A DNA stretch of 63,472 nucleotides, counting the filler, from Welwitschia mirabilis (lineage: Eukaryota), in the NCBI GenBank assembly GCA_051453625.1. It is 6 parts of one record of this genome, joined end to end, with 100 filler letters (N's around TTAATTAATTAA, not from the genome) between each part and the next. Parts side by side here need not be neighbours in the genome. Positions count along the whole stretch, not along the records: positions 1 to 16,582 come from JBOZIK010000001.1; 5 more parts are not named here. One strand, written 5' to 3'. A model generated the notes under the pieces. The model was not told the DNA's origin. It searched no databases and saw nothing but the letters and a program-made list of their open reading frames with translations. This document shows, piece by piece, positions 1-12,869 of this stretch. Positions within the stretch are counted from its first letter, which is position 1. Each line of letters starts with the position of its first letter. A program made the translations under genes and the position numbers.

Positions 1-179
1 TAAGAGACGATTTTTAAGAAAAAAGAAACTTATGGACTAGAATAAAGTAAAAACATTGGATTTCCTTACCACAATGAAAGTGTTTGGAATACCAAGTAGA
101 AAGTAAGAATTCTCATTACAGTCATTTCTCCTTATCTTCACTTTTTAGAGGTCAAGATGGTATAATAAGTAGTGCATTA

Positions 180-1110
180 AAACAAAATTAAAAGCAAATT
201 AGAGTCTTTACCATGTAATAGTACACCAACGTAGCTTTCTCTACGTTGTGTTTTTACTAAATGATTTAGAGGAATTTATTGAGATTTTGGATTGTGCAAA
301 CACATAATCTATGAGAAGGATCATGCTTGTTTATTACCTGGTATAACCAAATCTAGTTAATAGACCTCCATGATTTATATTATGTAATATATTATAGGGA
401 TTTTCTTTTTTTCTTTATTTTACTTGTTTGTTTCCTTTAATCATTTCCAATGATGAAATGGTAAAAAGGCTTTATAATTGTGGAGCCTATGCCCATTTAA
501 TAAAAATGGAATCTAAAGAAAACCCACTTTTCAAACCAGTATTATTCAAAGATGTGTATCATATATTTAGTTTTTTGATGAAGGACCTTGCTATTCAAGA
601 AGCTTTTATTGCTATTTTCATTATTCATAACATCTATGTTAGTTTTTTAGGCTATTAAAACTTCATTTAAAATAAAAGCCTATGAAATTTTTAGATGATC
701 CTCTTTTTTGAGAGAGCTATTTGATATATTCAGTGGGATATTAATACTCCTATCATTATGTTGAAAAATATGGTTTCTTAGCTGAAATATGATAAGACTA
801 GGGCTCTTCCCTATTCAGTGTTGATTTTTAACATCTGTCACCATTATAGAGTCTAGTTACACCTGAAGTTAGAAACCCTCACTCTTATATTATCCATTGG
901 ACATGCAACATTGTCTCACATGCATATCTTTATAGGTTCAAAGAAATCCTCTAAATCTCTTTCTTCTAAGAAAGCCTCTTTAGAAGAGACTCTTTCATAT
1001 CTGAAGAGAGTAGTCTCTCATACTAGGTACATGAAAGAATCTTTAATTATAGCAAGGTATAAGATTATTAATACTTATAAGGAAAGCCAAAGAAAAAAAA
1101 GATTTTGAAG
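180..1110 (+). pseudogene. Decayed Sirevirus extra ('env-like') ORF
   Basis: Manual translation of ~737-850 gives DINTPIIMLKNMVS*LKYDKTRALPYSVLIFNICHHYRV, resembling the IN.P..I...M....LPY...I..I...GV pattern of extra ORFs in Sireviruses. It lies just upstream of the multi-PPT region. Boundaries approximate; many stops. Confidence 0.6.
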
Positions 1111-1654
1111 AATAATCTGAGGAGGAATAAGAAGAATCTGATTGATCTTGTCTTCTTTTATGTTTTTCATGTTATGCTTGTTTTTCATCTCTCCTTTATC
1201 ATTGATGTTAAAAGAGGTAAAAATAGTTAATTGTATTTTCAAATTTTATAAGTTAGTATTAGATATTTTTAGTGTTTTCATTTGTAATTTATCTTAATTA
1301 GCATCTTTCTATTTGTATTACTAAATATTAAAGTAATGAAAATGCATTTTGTATCACTTTTGCCTTCTATTTTTGATGCATATTTAACTTATCATGAACC
1401 ATAATTTTGTTGCATCTTAATGGTTTTTAAATATCTCTTAAACTATAAATTTTGTCACATATCTAATGGGTTTAACATGTCTTATAAACTATACTAAAAA
1501 AATATTATGTTGATTACTCTTATTAGAAACCCTTTTAAAAATGTTTTAATTGATGTTAATGCTCAATACTCTTTTACAAATTTAATGGGCATTATCTAAG
1601 GAGGAGTTTTTCTAAATTAATATTTTCAACTAAGTATAGTTTATCATTAATATT

Positions 1655-1665
1655 AAAGGGGGAGA
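1655..1665 (+). promoter_or_regulatory. Polypurine tract (PPT) of the Sirevirus element
   Basis: AAAGGGGGAGA directly before the LTR start. Confidence 0.85.
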
Positions 1666-1666
1666 T

Positions 1667-2947
1667 TATTGAAGTAATATTTGTCAAGTTGATGTCAAAC
1701 TAACATTTTCTGTTCAGCAAAGCATGTTGTATCTTGTGCAGGAAATATTAATCCTTATAGATCAGTAGCTAAAACATTTTATCACAAATCAAACCTAAAC
1801 TTAATAGTTTTAATATCCTCAATGGAATCAACTATATTCCTAAGGGTTTAACTAAAACTAAACCATAAAGTATCATAAACCAATCACAAAAGCATTGACA
1901 AGATTCTAGAGGGGTTGACTAAACCTAAGCATTAAATCTTTCACAATTGATCATTAAGGGGTTGACTAAATTTCAAAGGGGTCTATCAAACCTAAGCATC
2001 AAATATTTCATGGCTAATCACAAGGGGTCAACCGAATTCCAGAGGGGTCGATGAAACCTGGACTATAAAAACAATGTCACATTTTTCTGAACATGAAATT
2101 AACTGGATGAATATGTAAGTGACTAAATATGTAGTTAACTGGACATTAAGGAGTTGACTAGATGTGAAATCATAAGAAACACGAATCGACCAAAATAATA
2201 TAAGAGTGACTAACTTCAGTGGCGGTACCAAATGGGGTCAATTGAATATTTCAATGAGTCGACTGGTCTTAATAGAAATAGGATTTATCTAGCTATTTAA
2301 GCATCCATTTTTGTTCATTAGAGAGAGTTTTCAATTGTAAAAATTCTAAAAATATTATCCTCTATGTTTACCATAAGTCAAAATCACTACAACATTTTTC
2401 ATACTTTTGGAATTATTATAGAACTCATTAGCACATTCTCTATCTAAAAAAATATGAATAAAGGGCTATTGTTATCATTTTTACTTGATGAAATCAATTA
2501 TACTATACATTTATGGATTGTACTATCTTTCCAATCAGTGTAGTAATATTATTCTTGATTTATAGATCTAGTGAAACCTATGCATTTCATCACATCATTA
2601 TCACTGCATCACATTCTTCTAAAGGTTGAGACTGAGCCTCAGAAAAGTTCAATTATAGATATTATAGGTAAACATGAAATACTTAAAAAGAGATTAATGA
2701 AGATTCAGATTAGGCTTGAGTAGAAGCTAATCATTGAGAGTGGAGTAGGGGTTTTTCTAAACCATTATAAATCATGTGTGCATCTCCATTGGTACCTTTG
2801 TGCTTTTAGTTCTTTATTTTCATATTATTTTTAGTTTTTCTTTTGCATTAAATATTTTAGTATTCATTTCTTATGAAGATAGCTTGTTAATATATTTGTT
2901 TAAATTTTAAATCCTATTCATCCCCCTCTAGGGTTCTATATCCTTCA
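1667..2947 (+). repeat. Sirevirus 3' LTR with 67-bp palindrome-containing repeats and a putative TATA box (TATTTAA 2294-2300)
   Basis: Bounded by the PPT and the terminal TTCA. Homologous to the LTRs at 27553-29655 and 42315-44001. AAGCAT unit starts at 1927 and 1994 are 67 bp apart. Confidence 0.85.
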
Positions 2948-4085
2948 GCGTGTATACTCATATCCCTATACTCTAATCATCTCTTGAATGACAATTGCCA
3001 TATCATACTCAATGTGTATATATATGCTGACGCACATTAGTCAACTGCTCCTTGATGTGCTAAACTCTTCTTTCAATCATAGATATCCTCTATTATAGCT
3101 CATTAAAGTTTCAGCCTACAACCTCTCTAAGGCCTTATGTAGTATCAAGAAAAAAGATCCTAAATCTATTCAATTATGATACCAATCATAAGTCTCTATA
3201 CCTAAGGTCTCTCTGCCTCTCTTAAAATATAGATGCCTATGTCCTATAGGTAATGAGTTAATGTCTATAGATATATGAATCTCTACTCACCCATAGGCTT
3301 GGGTATACTAAATCACCTTTAACGTAGCTAAGAAGAGACATGAATATCCTAGAGTCTATAGCTATCAAGTTTCAATCATGTCTTGAGTCTTCTCCAAATA
3401 AAAGTTTATAAGTTCATCTACTCCTTGTGCTTGAATAATGTTAACCTTTGTAAATGAGATACTATGGAATGACTATCATGAAATGATGGACTGATGTTAT
3501 GGATCAATCCTCTATAAAGAATCCTATAGTTATATGATAAATGTATCATCAAAACTCCTTGTCTCTCACTAGTATTGTCAGCTAGTATGTCTAATATTAT
3601 GCCATAAACACAGTGCTTCTATGTACTACTAGATGAGTGAATGTGTATACTCCCAATGCCATCAAAGTTAGTAACAACAGTGATGTGGTTCAGGATAATA
3701 GATATCTCAGGTCCTCTAATGATAGCTATAATCATGTTAACTAGGGGATCACAAGCATTGAATCACCTTTTAATGTGCATTATATCATAAAACTCTCTAG
3801 TCTTTAAGGCATAGTTAGCTCTATATCAATCCAAAATCCATCTAAGATAAAGATTTATCAATCTTTGATCTACTTCTAAATCTAATCAACTTAAAAAATA
3901 ATTAAAACTACCTCTTAATTTAGATAAAAGACATCTAAATGGAGTGGAATTACGCCTAGTGAGGTGGATGGTAAATTAGCTTTACCTGCTTAATCGCAAG
4001 TGGTACTAATCATCTACTTCCTACTCTAATGTCTTAGCCTCTACCTTAGGCTATCTAGCTCATCATGTGTATGGTCTAATCAGTT
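2948..4085 (-). pseudogene. Decayed extra ('env-like') ORF of the Athila-type element
   Basis: Reverse complement aligns with 51870-52980 and with 19890-21010; located 3' of integrase. Confidence 0.65.
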
Positions 4086-5722
4086 ATAAACACAAATCAC
4101 ATTAGGAGAAATCAAGTGAAAATCGCTAAAATATATCTCATGAAAGCTCTGAACGACCCTATAAAATAGTTTTTATGTGAAAAAATTATGAAAATATGTC
4201 TCCTCTCCTTCCACTCCAAGAGAATTAATACATACCTAATCATGCAAATAAAAAGTGCAAAACATGAGAAACATTAAAATGTGGAAAACTAGTGGGCCTC
4301 ACAAAAGGTCAAAAATAAAAGTACTCAAATTAAAACTCTAATTCAATAGAAATGTAGAGGTCATTGTACTAATTAATTTACCTATAATGACCATTATGTT
4401 TTAATTTATGGTTTTTAAGAAAATGAGGTTTAAAGTTAAAAACTTAATTCTACCTAGTAAAATACACAAATTCAGATATCTTACAAAATATACAATGAAA
4501 ATTAAATTTGTAAATACTAAATTAAAGAGCATGAAAAACTAATGATATATGTGGAAATTATAAAATAAAAGGCTAAAAAATGAGAGAAATAATAAAAAAT
4601 AACAAAGGAGAGAAAAACATACCTCATTTTAACAAGTTTTCTTAAATCTCGCAATCTGTGGTGCTAAACTCATGGGTGAAAGATCTAAAACATCAGTAGA
4701 TCCTAGTGTGATGGATGTCTCTTAAAAGAATGAATGAAAATGATATTAAAATGAAGAAAAATATGGAAATAAGGATCAAGACATATTTTTATCACATTAT
4801 TATCTCTCAAAAAAATCTCAGCTATCATCTGCCTTATTATTTGGACTACCTGATGGATGAAGAGAATTTGAAAATTTTTACAAAAATGAAAATGTCAGCC
4901 AAACAAGTTAGGATCAGATATCAGCATGAAGGTATTAGATTTTATCAAAAATCATAAAAGATATGGAATGATGAAGAATTGTAATGAATAAGCCTAAGGA
5001 ATAAGAAAAACTCTAAGGAATCAAAAGATGGGGTGATGAAAATGTATTAATATAATAAAGCCAGACAAATAAAACTAAAAAATTATGCTCAAACTAAAAA
5101 ATAATCATAAAATATATAGAACTCTAAAAGACTCAAAAAACATCATAAAAATCATAAAGAACATCATCTAATCAAAATAGAGTATCATCTAGTCAAAATG
5201 CTAAAATAAAATTAACTTTTATTGATAAAACAACATAAGTAAAAATGAAAATAATAAGGAAACTACTAAATGATAAGGTGCTAAAAATGATGATGAAAAA
5301 GTACAGAAATAAATTTGAAATAATAAACCAAACAACTAAATAAAAATAGAATGAAATTAGATAACTAAGAACATAAAGAAGATTATACACTTATCTTAAA
5401 TTCTAACCTTAGCAAACTCCCTTGGAAGATATCATAAAGTAACTTAATTAAAGATGCATGATAAAATATATTGACTTTATAAAGTTCTACTCGAAAATGC
5501 AGTGATTATGATAAAATCAAAGATTAGATGCTAAAAATAATAAGTGATAAGATCAAAAGCTACTTAGAAATGAATGTACTTGCTCAAACCCCAAAATATA
5601 TTTGAATTCTCAAAAGTAAAATGATTACGTGAAAATACTACAAGTTTAAAAAACAAGAAATGCCTCTAATAACATTAGAAAAACCACTGATTCCATATCA
5701 TTAAATTTTTATTACTACTTTT

Positions 5723-5870
5723 CATGATGAGGGGAATGCAACCACAGTCAGAGAAGTAAGAACCCTCAAAGCATGACCAACTGATCTTCTAGTGAAGTTC
5801 CCATTGTTATCAACATTGCCAAAGCTTCCTTTCAAAAAAATTTAACCTAATGTAGTAGGACATCATGATG
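5723..5870 (-). other. Conserved non-coding module of the pol-3' spacer (copy 1), candidate structured RNA
   Basis: Element-sense CATGATGTCCTAC...GGGAACTTCACTAGAAGATCAGTTGGTCATGCTT...GTGGTTGCATTCCCCTCATCATG, shared with five other copies in the window. Confidence 0.7.
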
Positions 5871-6289
5871 ATCATGTATTTTAGCATAGATACAATAGGT
5901 CATGGTCATTATTTTTTCCCCTTTCTTTTCACACAAATAACTCCTCACATAATCACATACTCAAAAAGATGTAGACGAAGCAGTGAGATGAAAGATAGGA
6001 AAAAAACACATCTAAATAATCAAAGACCTCATACCATTGAGAAAGAAAATAAAAACCAAGGAATCTTCTTTTAAAATAATGTTCATAGATATGTGAATGT
6101 TTTAAGATTGGATGAATCCAATTTCATCACTATAAAATGCCTAAGTAAAAATATTAGTCATGGAAACTTCATAAAACAAACACACAATGAAGTTAAAGAT
6201 GATCAAGTAACATCATAACATCTACCAAAGGAATAGGTTAAGAGAGAATTTAGAAAATCATAAAAAATAATACCTCCTCATCGAAAGAA

Positions 6290-9200
6290 ACCTTCAAGAT
6301 AACTTCTTCTATTATCTTTAAGGTTACATCAAAAGGGTTTTCATATATTTTTAATCTTTATCTATTAACTTTCTAAATCTCCCTAGCATGTAGGTTAGAA
6401 ATATCTATGGAGTCATTACAATGTACTTTCTTTATAAGATAAGGATCTAATCATTTAGAGGTTAACTTGTTATGTAAAAGATGCATTCTAATATTGTATA
6501 AAAGAATAAGTTGATCATGTTTTAAACTTTTTATGAAGTAATTTTTTAGCATGTTTGAATTTAGCTTAGGCTTTATGAATGAGTTAATAATGTATAGCAC
6601 ATGTATATATTTCATCTAAGAAATTAAGTTAGATTAATTTATTTTTAAGATTTTCATGAAGATCTATAAGATTAAGTTAATGAAAATAATGATAAAAGTT
6701 ATAACATACATCAACTAATAAAATTAAAACTTCTCCATATAGAAGTTCTTAAGATGAAAAACCAAGAGAATTATGCCAAATAGTATGGTAGGCTCAAAGA
6801 ACATCATTAAACTTAGAAGTTCAAGATTTCTTATTAACAGAGACAAGTTTTTAAATCATTTTTTTTATTCCTCTATTTTCATTTTCAGCTTGACCATTAA
6901 TTTATGAAGGATAAGCACAAGCTATTTTAAGTTCAATTCCAATGGATAAAAGAAGTCTTCTAATATGATGATTAATAAAATAAGCTCTTTAATCACTAAT
7001 GATACTTTTAAAAAAAGCAAAACATGGAAAAATATGGGTTCTAATAAAATTGCAAATAGTTTGGACATCATTCATAAAAGTAGAAATAGATTTAACCCAT
7101 TTAGTAACTTAATCAATAGCCACTAGAATGTACATCTAATCATTAGAAAATGGTTTAATGGGGATTGTAAAATTAATTCCCTAATAATCAAATGGTTCAC
7201 ATTCAAGAATAATTTTAAGGATTATAACATGAGAATGAAGAAGGCTGCCATAATGTTGACAAGAATCAGACCTTCTAGCAAAATTGAAAGAATCCTAAAA
7301 CAGAATAGGCCAATAAAAACTAGAGTGAATAATTTTTTTTTTTTTTCTATCTATTAAAATGACCTCCACAAATACCACTATGAAAAAGATAAAGGATGTC
7401 TAATTTATTTCATTCTTGCACACATTTCTCATGATTTGGTCTTTGCACCTATAGCAAAAATATGGTTCTATCCATTTATAATTATCCATTCTATAAACAA
7501 AAAATTTTCATTAATTATGACTCCAATGTTGTGGTATTTTTATGATAATAATATAATTAATATATCAGGGTATCAAGGAGGAGAATAAGTAGAAGATATG
7601 ACACAAAATTGTTCATCTAGAAAAGAATAATCAATCATAAGATCATTAAAAGAAGAAGAGAAATATGACAAATGATAAACTATACTATTATGTTTCCCTA
7701 TTTTATCAATGATGGTAAAATTAAATTCTTACATAAGGAGGATCTATCTAATGAGTATAGCACTATAATTTTTCTTAATCATGAGGTATCTAATAGCTTC
7801 ATGATCAGTATAAACATTCATATGAAACCCTGAAAGATAGTGTCTAAGGGTATCAATGAAAAAGATTATGGCTAACATTTATTTCTTAGTAGTAGTGTAA
7901 TTCAATGGAGCTTTATATAAAGTTCTACTATGATAAGATATAACTTTGAAATCATTTGCATATTTTTACCAAGGACTCCATCCACAACAATATTACTAGC
8001 ATGACACATTAATTCAAAATATGGTTTTCAATTGAGTCTTATTATAATAAGTGCAGAAGATATTTTATCTTTAAGTCTCTTAAAAGTAAGTTGATAAGAT
8101 TCATTCCAATTAAATTTAGCTTCTTTTTTAAGTAAAAAGTAAAGGAGTTTAAAAATTTTAGCATAATCCTAAACAAAATGATAATAAAAATCATAATAAC
8201 CAAAAAAAGATTGAAATTGTTTTACATTTATTAAAGGAGTTAGGTTTTTAATGATACTTACTTTTTAGGATTCATCTAATTTTCTTCACTAGAAATGTGG
8301 TGATCTAAGACAATTACATTATCAACTAAAAATAAACTCTTCTTTCAACTTAAATATAGACCACTTGCAATGCATCTATTAAGGACTTTCTCTAGCCTTT
8401 CTAATATTTGTTGAAAGTTTTCATCAAATACTGAGTAGTCATCCATAAAAATCTCAATTGAATCCTCTAATATATCAGAAAAGATATTAATCATTACAAG
8501 TTAAAAAGTATTAGGNNNNNNNNNNNNNNNNNNNNNNNNNNNNNNNNNNNNNNNNNNNNNNNNNNNNNNNNNNNNNNNNNNNNNNNNNNNNNNNNNNNNN
8601 NNNNNNNNNNNNNNNNNNNNNNNNNNNNNNNNNNNNNNNNNNNNNNNNNNNNNNNNNNNNNNNNNNNNNNNNNNNNNNNNNNNNNNNNNNNNNNNNNNNN
8701 NNNNNNNNNNNNNNNNNNNNNNNNNNNNNNNNNNNNNNNNNNNNNNNNNNNNNNNNNNNNNNNNNNNNNNNNNNNNNNNNNNNNNNNNNNNNNNNNNNNN
8801 NNNNNNNNNNNNNNNNNNNNNNNNNNNNNNNNNNNNNNNNNNNNNNNNNNNNNNNNNNNNNNNNNNNNNNNNNNNNNNNNNNNNNNNNNNNNNNNNNNNN
8901 NNNNNNNNNNNNNNNNNNNNNNNNNNNNNNNNNNNNNNNNNATCCATAAAATCTCAATTGAATCCTCTAATATATCAGAAAAGATATTCATCATTACAAG
9001 TTAAAAAGTATTAGGAGCATTACAAAGTCCAAAAGGCATGCATCTAAGGCAAATATTCCAAAAGATAAAGTGAAAGTCTTTTTTACTATATCTCATTAGC
9101 TGTACAAACCTAATTATAATTACTGCACCCATCAAGAAAGAAATGAAAGGCATCTCCTTAGATTCTATCAAGTATTTGGTCAAAAAAGATAAAGGGTGAT

Positions 9201-10280
9201 GGTTTTTCTTTATTACCTCATTTAGATTCTTAAATTTAATACACATTCTCTACTTTCCATCTTTCTTAGGTACTATTATCAAAGGGCTAGCCCACTCACT
9301 ATTAAATATGTCATAAATAATTTTAGCATATATTAATTTAATATTTCATCTTTTATTACTTATTTAAGGGCTATATTTAGTCTATGTTGGGATTACCTAG
9401 TAGGTTTTGCATTATCCTCAAGGTAGGTTTTATGTTAAACAATGAAATTAGAAATGGTTGTTAAATCATTATGGTCTAAGAAAATGCATTAATCTTAGAA
9501 TTTAAAAGTGAGATTCAAATCAATTCTTATTGAGGGAAAAGATTCTGGTTTATTATCAATGGTTTATTCTAGTCATTACATAGAAAGATATATTACAATC
9601 CACTGGGTAAAGGTTTTAGATTTAAATTTAGATTTTTAATTTTTGTTAATTTTTTCTTAGAGTTGTCTATTGCCTTAGATCATTATTTGAATGATAGGTA
9701 TGGAAGACCTCTCTCAAAATATGGAATCTTAGTTGTTTTCAAATATTAAACTTCTTCATAAATTAAAGTTTCAGTTTCTTCACTCATTTAGTTAAAATAG
9801 TTTATTGCTAAATGTTCATAATTGAATTCATCATCATTGAAAGCTTTCAAGTTTTCTACTTTAAATGGATCATCATACAAGATAGGATTATAAAGCATTA
9901 ACCATCTCTCTTCAAGTTGATAATGCTATAAAACTAATATTAGCTTAATTTCTTCCTCTACATTCCACTCATTACCTATGTCTTTTTTAGTGGCATTAAT
10001 AACTCTAATGGTAAACTTTTTATTTCTTAAGTGACACTCCATCATTCTAGTTCTTACATCAATAATTCAATGGGCTATTGTACAAAATGCTCTACTTAGA
10101 AGTAGCGGATAACCTCCATTATGCTCAACTTCAATCATAAATATATCTATTAGATAAAATTATTCCTCAATTTGAATCACTAAATCTTTTATTATTCTTA
10201 AAGATTTCTTCATTGATATATCTACCAGTTCTAAGGTAACATATATAAGCTCACTTTTACTTTTCAAACCAAGTTGTTGA
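6290..10280 (-). pseudogene. pol: Decayed pol: protease C-terminus (~9960-10280), RT (~8200-9450), RNase H (~7650-8050), integrase (~6290-7500)
   Basis: Translations include GGYPLLLSRAFCT (PR), MPFGLCNAPNTF and DSIEIFMDDYSVF (RT), and ECEPFDY*GINF...YILVAID*VTKWV (INT core). Many stops and frameshifts. Confidence 0.9.
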
Positions 10281-11452
10281 TGTTGTGATGTGTATTTGTG
10301 ATTCTAATTCCAATATTCTAAAGGTTAAATTTAATTTGCAACATCTGAAAAGTTAAATATCTAATTGTAAATAATACACACTTGTATAGTGAAATCAACT
10401 CAAATGTTGTACACTTAGAAAAGACTTTCGAAAGAGAATAAGAAAAAGTTCTTTCATAAAGAGAAGAATAAATATTTTGGACTTTTTCTTTTAAGGAAAT
10501 AAAATTAAACAATGAAAAGATGCAATGAAATGTAATGTAATGAATGTAATTCTAGTGCAATGAATTAATTAAACTTTCAATTTACTTTCATTTAGATTAG
10601 TCCTTATAACCTATTCAATTACAAATTCATGTCACTTAAATTGTAATTAAGATAAGCCATAAGGAAGAATAATAAAACATTTGAAAATATTTCAATTCAA
10701 TTAAAAATTTTATTAATAAAATTAAAGTACATCCACTTACGAGAATAACTNNNNNNNNNNNNNNNNNNNNNNNNNNNNNNNNNNNNNNNNNNNNNNNNNN
10801 NNNNNNNNNNNNNNNNNNNNNNNNNNNNNNNNNNNNNNNNNNNNNNNNNNAATTAAAAATTTTATTAATAAAATTAAAGTACATCCACTTACGAGAATAA
10901 CTTCTTAATGAAAGATTCACTGCATAACACCAAGATGGACCTCATCACAGGTATGATGAATCTTCTTACCTCCAGCAATCTTTAATTATCACAAGAATGT
11001 AGATGCAAAAGATGATGTTTAATAGAATTTGAAAGGGCCTATTTACAGGTTGGGGTAGGTTGCTAAAGGGTGTGAAAGGAAGATCCACCCTTTCATAATA
11101 ATTTAATTAACTTTATAAATTATTTTCAGTGTTACCCTCATGTCGTCCCCACAACAAAGTGGACGACATACTAACAAGCGTCAAAAATGCTGACTGTTAT
11201 CCCGATGACCATACTTTACTAATTTTTGTCCCCTCTGTCATCCCCACGATAGTGAGGACAACTAAAATATCTTCATCACTTTTCCTTGATCAATCATTAT
11301 CCAAAAATGGCTTCTTATTTGAAATATTATTGCATCTTTTGGTCTATATGGAAGCTCTATAAATTTTTCATAAATCCTTGAAAAAACCTATCAATAGGAC
11401 CTAAAAATTTACTCTATAAGTGCATTAAATAGGTAAAGTTAGCATTACAACA
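10281..11452 (-). repeat. Athila-type 3' LTR
   Basis: Element-sense AGGGACAGACAAATGCTAAGTGAGGCCTA|TGTTGTAATG ... AAATACACATCACAACA; perfect 6-bp terminal inverted repeat. Confidence 0.85.
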
Positions 11453-12285
11453 TAGGCCTCACTTAGCATTTGTCTGTCCCTGATAAAGTAAGTGAGTAAT
11501 AAGTTATAAGCCAACTGACAAAAAGAAAATTAAAACATGTATATCATTTAGAATTAAGAGTAAAACATGTGAAATACATCTATGAAAAAACATAAGTAAA
11601 ATTGATGTATATTATAAATTATTAAGTTTAACATCATATAAAAGTTACATAAGTTATGAAGAAAAGGTAAAGTAGGGTATGAATTTCATGATCATAAGAT
11701 TAAGTGACATAAGAGGATATAAAAAGTGATATTATTAAAAGAAAGGAGAACATTAATTATATCATGTAAAAGGGTAGTTAAGGCATAGGTGAATTTGATT
11801 TAATGTATAAGAATCAAGTGATGAAAGATGTAACAAGTAGACTAGAAAATNNNNNNNNNNNNNNNNNNNNNNNNNNNNNNNNNNNNNNNNNNNNNNNNNN
11901 NNNNNNNNNNNNNNNNNNNNNNNNNNNNNNNNNNNNNNNNNNNNNNNNNNNNNNNNNNNNNNNNNNNNNNNNNNNNNNNNNNNNNNNNNNNNNNNNNNNN
12001 NNNNNNNNNNNNNNNNNNNNNNNNNNNNNNNNNNNNNNNNNNNNNNNNNNNNNNNNNNNNNNNNNNNNNNNNNNNNNNNNNNNNNNNNNNNNNATAATAT
12101 CTAGTGATTATATTTAGTAAGGTATCAAGTTATGTTTATACTATGATTAAATCCCTCTTCAGATATGATAACCATAGTACTTTGATAAGATATCATCTAA
12201 TAATTAATATACTCATATGCTCATGAAGTCTGTGCCTCAGAGTGATGGAAGTTTTAGTCAATGAAGTGATGAATAACACTATTCA

Positions 12286-12450
12286 TCATGATAAGGTGAG
12301 TTCAACCACTGCCAAGAGAATAAGGACCTATAAGCCAAAGCTAGATCATGACCAACTAATCCTTTGATGGAGTTATAGCTATCATATCATACTACCAAAG
12401 GCCCTTCTCGGGAAAATTTGCCATGGTATGCTTGTGATAGTACATCATGG
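12286..12450 (-). other. Conserved non-coding module (copy 2, divergent, with an extended internal hairpin)
   Basis: Element-sense CCATGATGTACTATC...CCCGAGAAGGGCCTTTGGTAG...AGTTGGTCATGATCTAGCTTTGGCTTATAGGTCCTTATTCTCTTGGCAGTGGTTGAACTCACCTTATCATG. Confidence 0.65.
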
Positions 12451-12869
12451 CATAATTACAAGAGGGTCATTTATTTTTGTTTTTCTTTCTTTTTTTCTTT
12501 TCTTTTTCATATTTCCCATTTACTTTAAATTTTTTTTATTCTTTTTCATTAACTTAGACTCCTCATTTGTGATAGCATTGATTAATCATTGGAATAATGA
12601 AGTAACAAAGTATATGACTAAGAGTAAGAATTAGATTAATATAATTGATATTTTACTATAAAATAACTAAAAAGATTGATTGTAGATAGTGGAATATCTT
12701 AATATTAGCTAAATACAATCTTTATAACATGAAAAGCCAAAGTAAAAAATTACTTAATCATGGTAACACCTATGAATTCAAACATAAATTAAGTTAAAGA
12801 TGATTAAGTAGTCTCATAACTTAGATCAAGAAATAAAGCTAAGAAAGAATCTAATAGAAGGCCAATGGA

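Larger units (their letters stand above)
1..2947 (+). mobile_element. 3' part of a Sirevirus (SIRE/Maximus) Ty1/copia element: extra-ORF remnant, multi-PPT region and 3' LTR
   Basis: PPT AAAGGGGGAGA (1655-1665) is followed by T and the LTR start TATTGAAG (decayed TGTTG). LTR end CCTATTCATCCCCCTCTAGG...TCCTTCA at 2947 is typical of Sireviruses. Further PPT-like tracts lie upstream (~1210, ~1598). Confidence 0.85.
2948..10280 (-). mobile_element. Athila-type Ty3/gypsy internal region (PR-RT-RH-INT, spacer, extra ORF), cut at both ends by younger insertions
   Basis: Gypsy domain order on the minus strand. Colinear homology with ~19890-26580. Sirevirus LTR end abuts at 2947 and an Athila LTR end at 10281. 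Confidence 0.9.

Noticed and set aside
8494-8994. Long ORFs in the track (also 28417-28955, 45236-46030, 46183-46608 and others)
   Set aside because: They are open only because they run through N gaps.
8440-9015. Near-exact direct repeats either side of gaps (also 10701-10900, 12905-13172, 19159-19349, 32625-33060, 41577-41860)
   Set aside because: Most likely unmerged contig overlaps.
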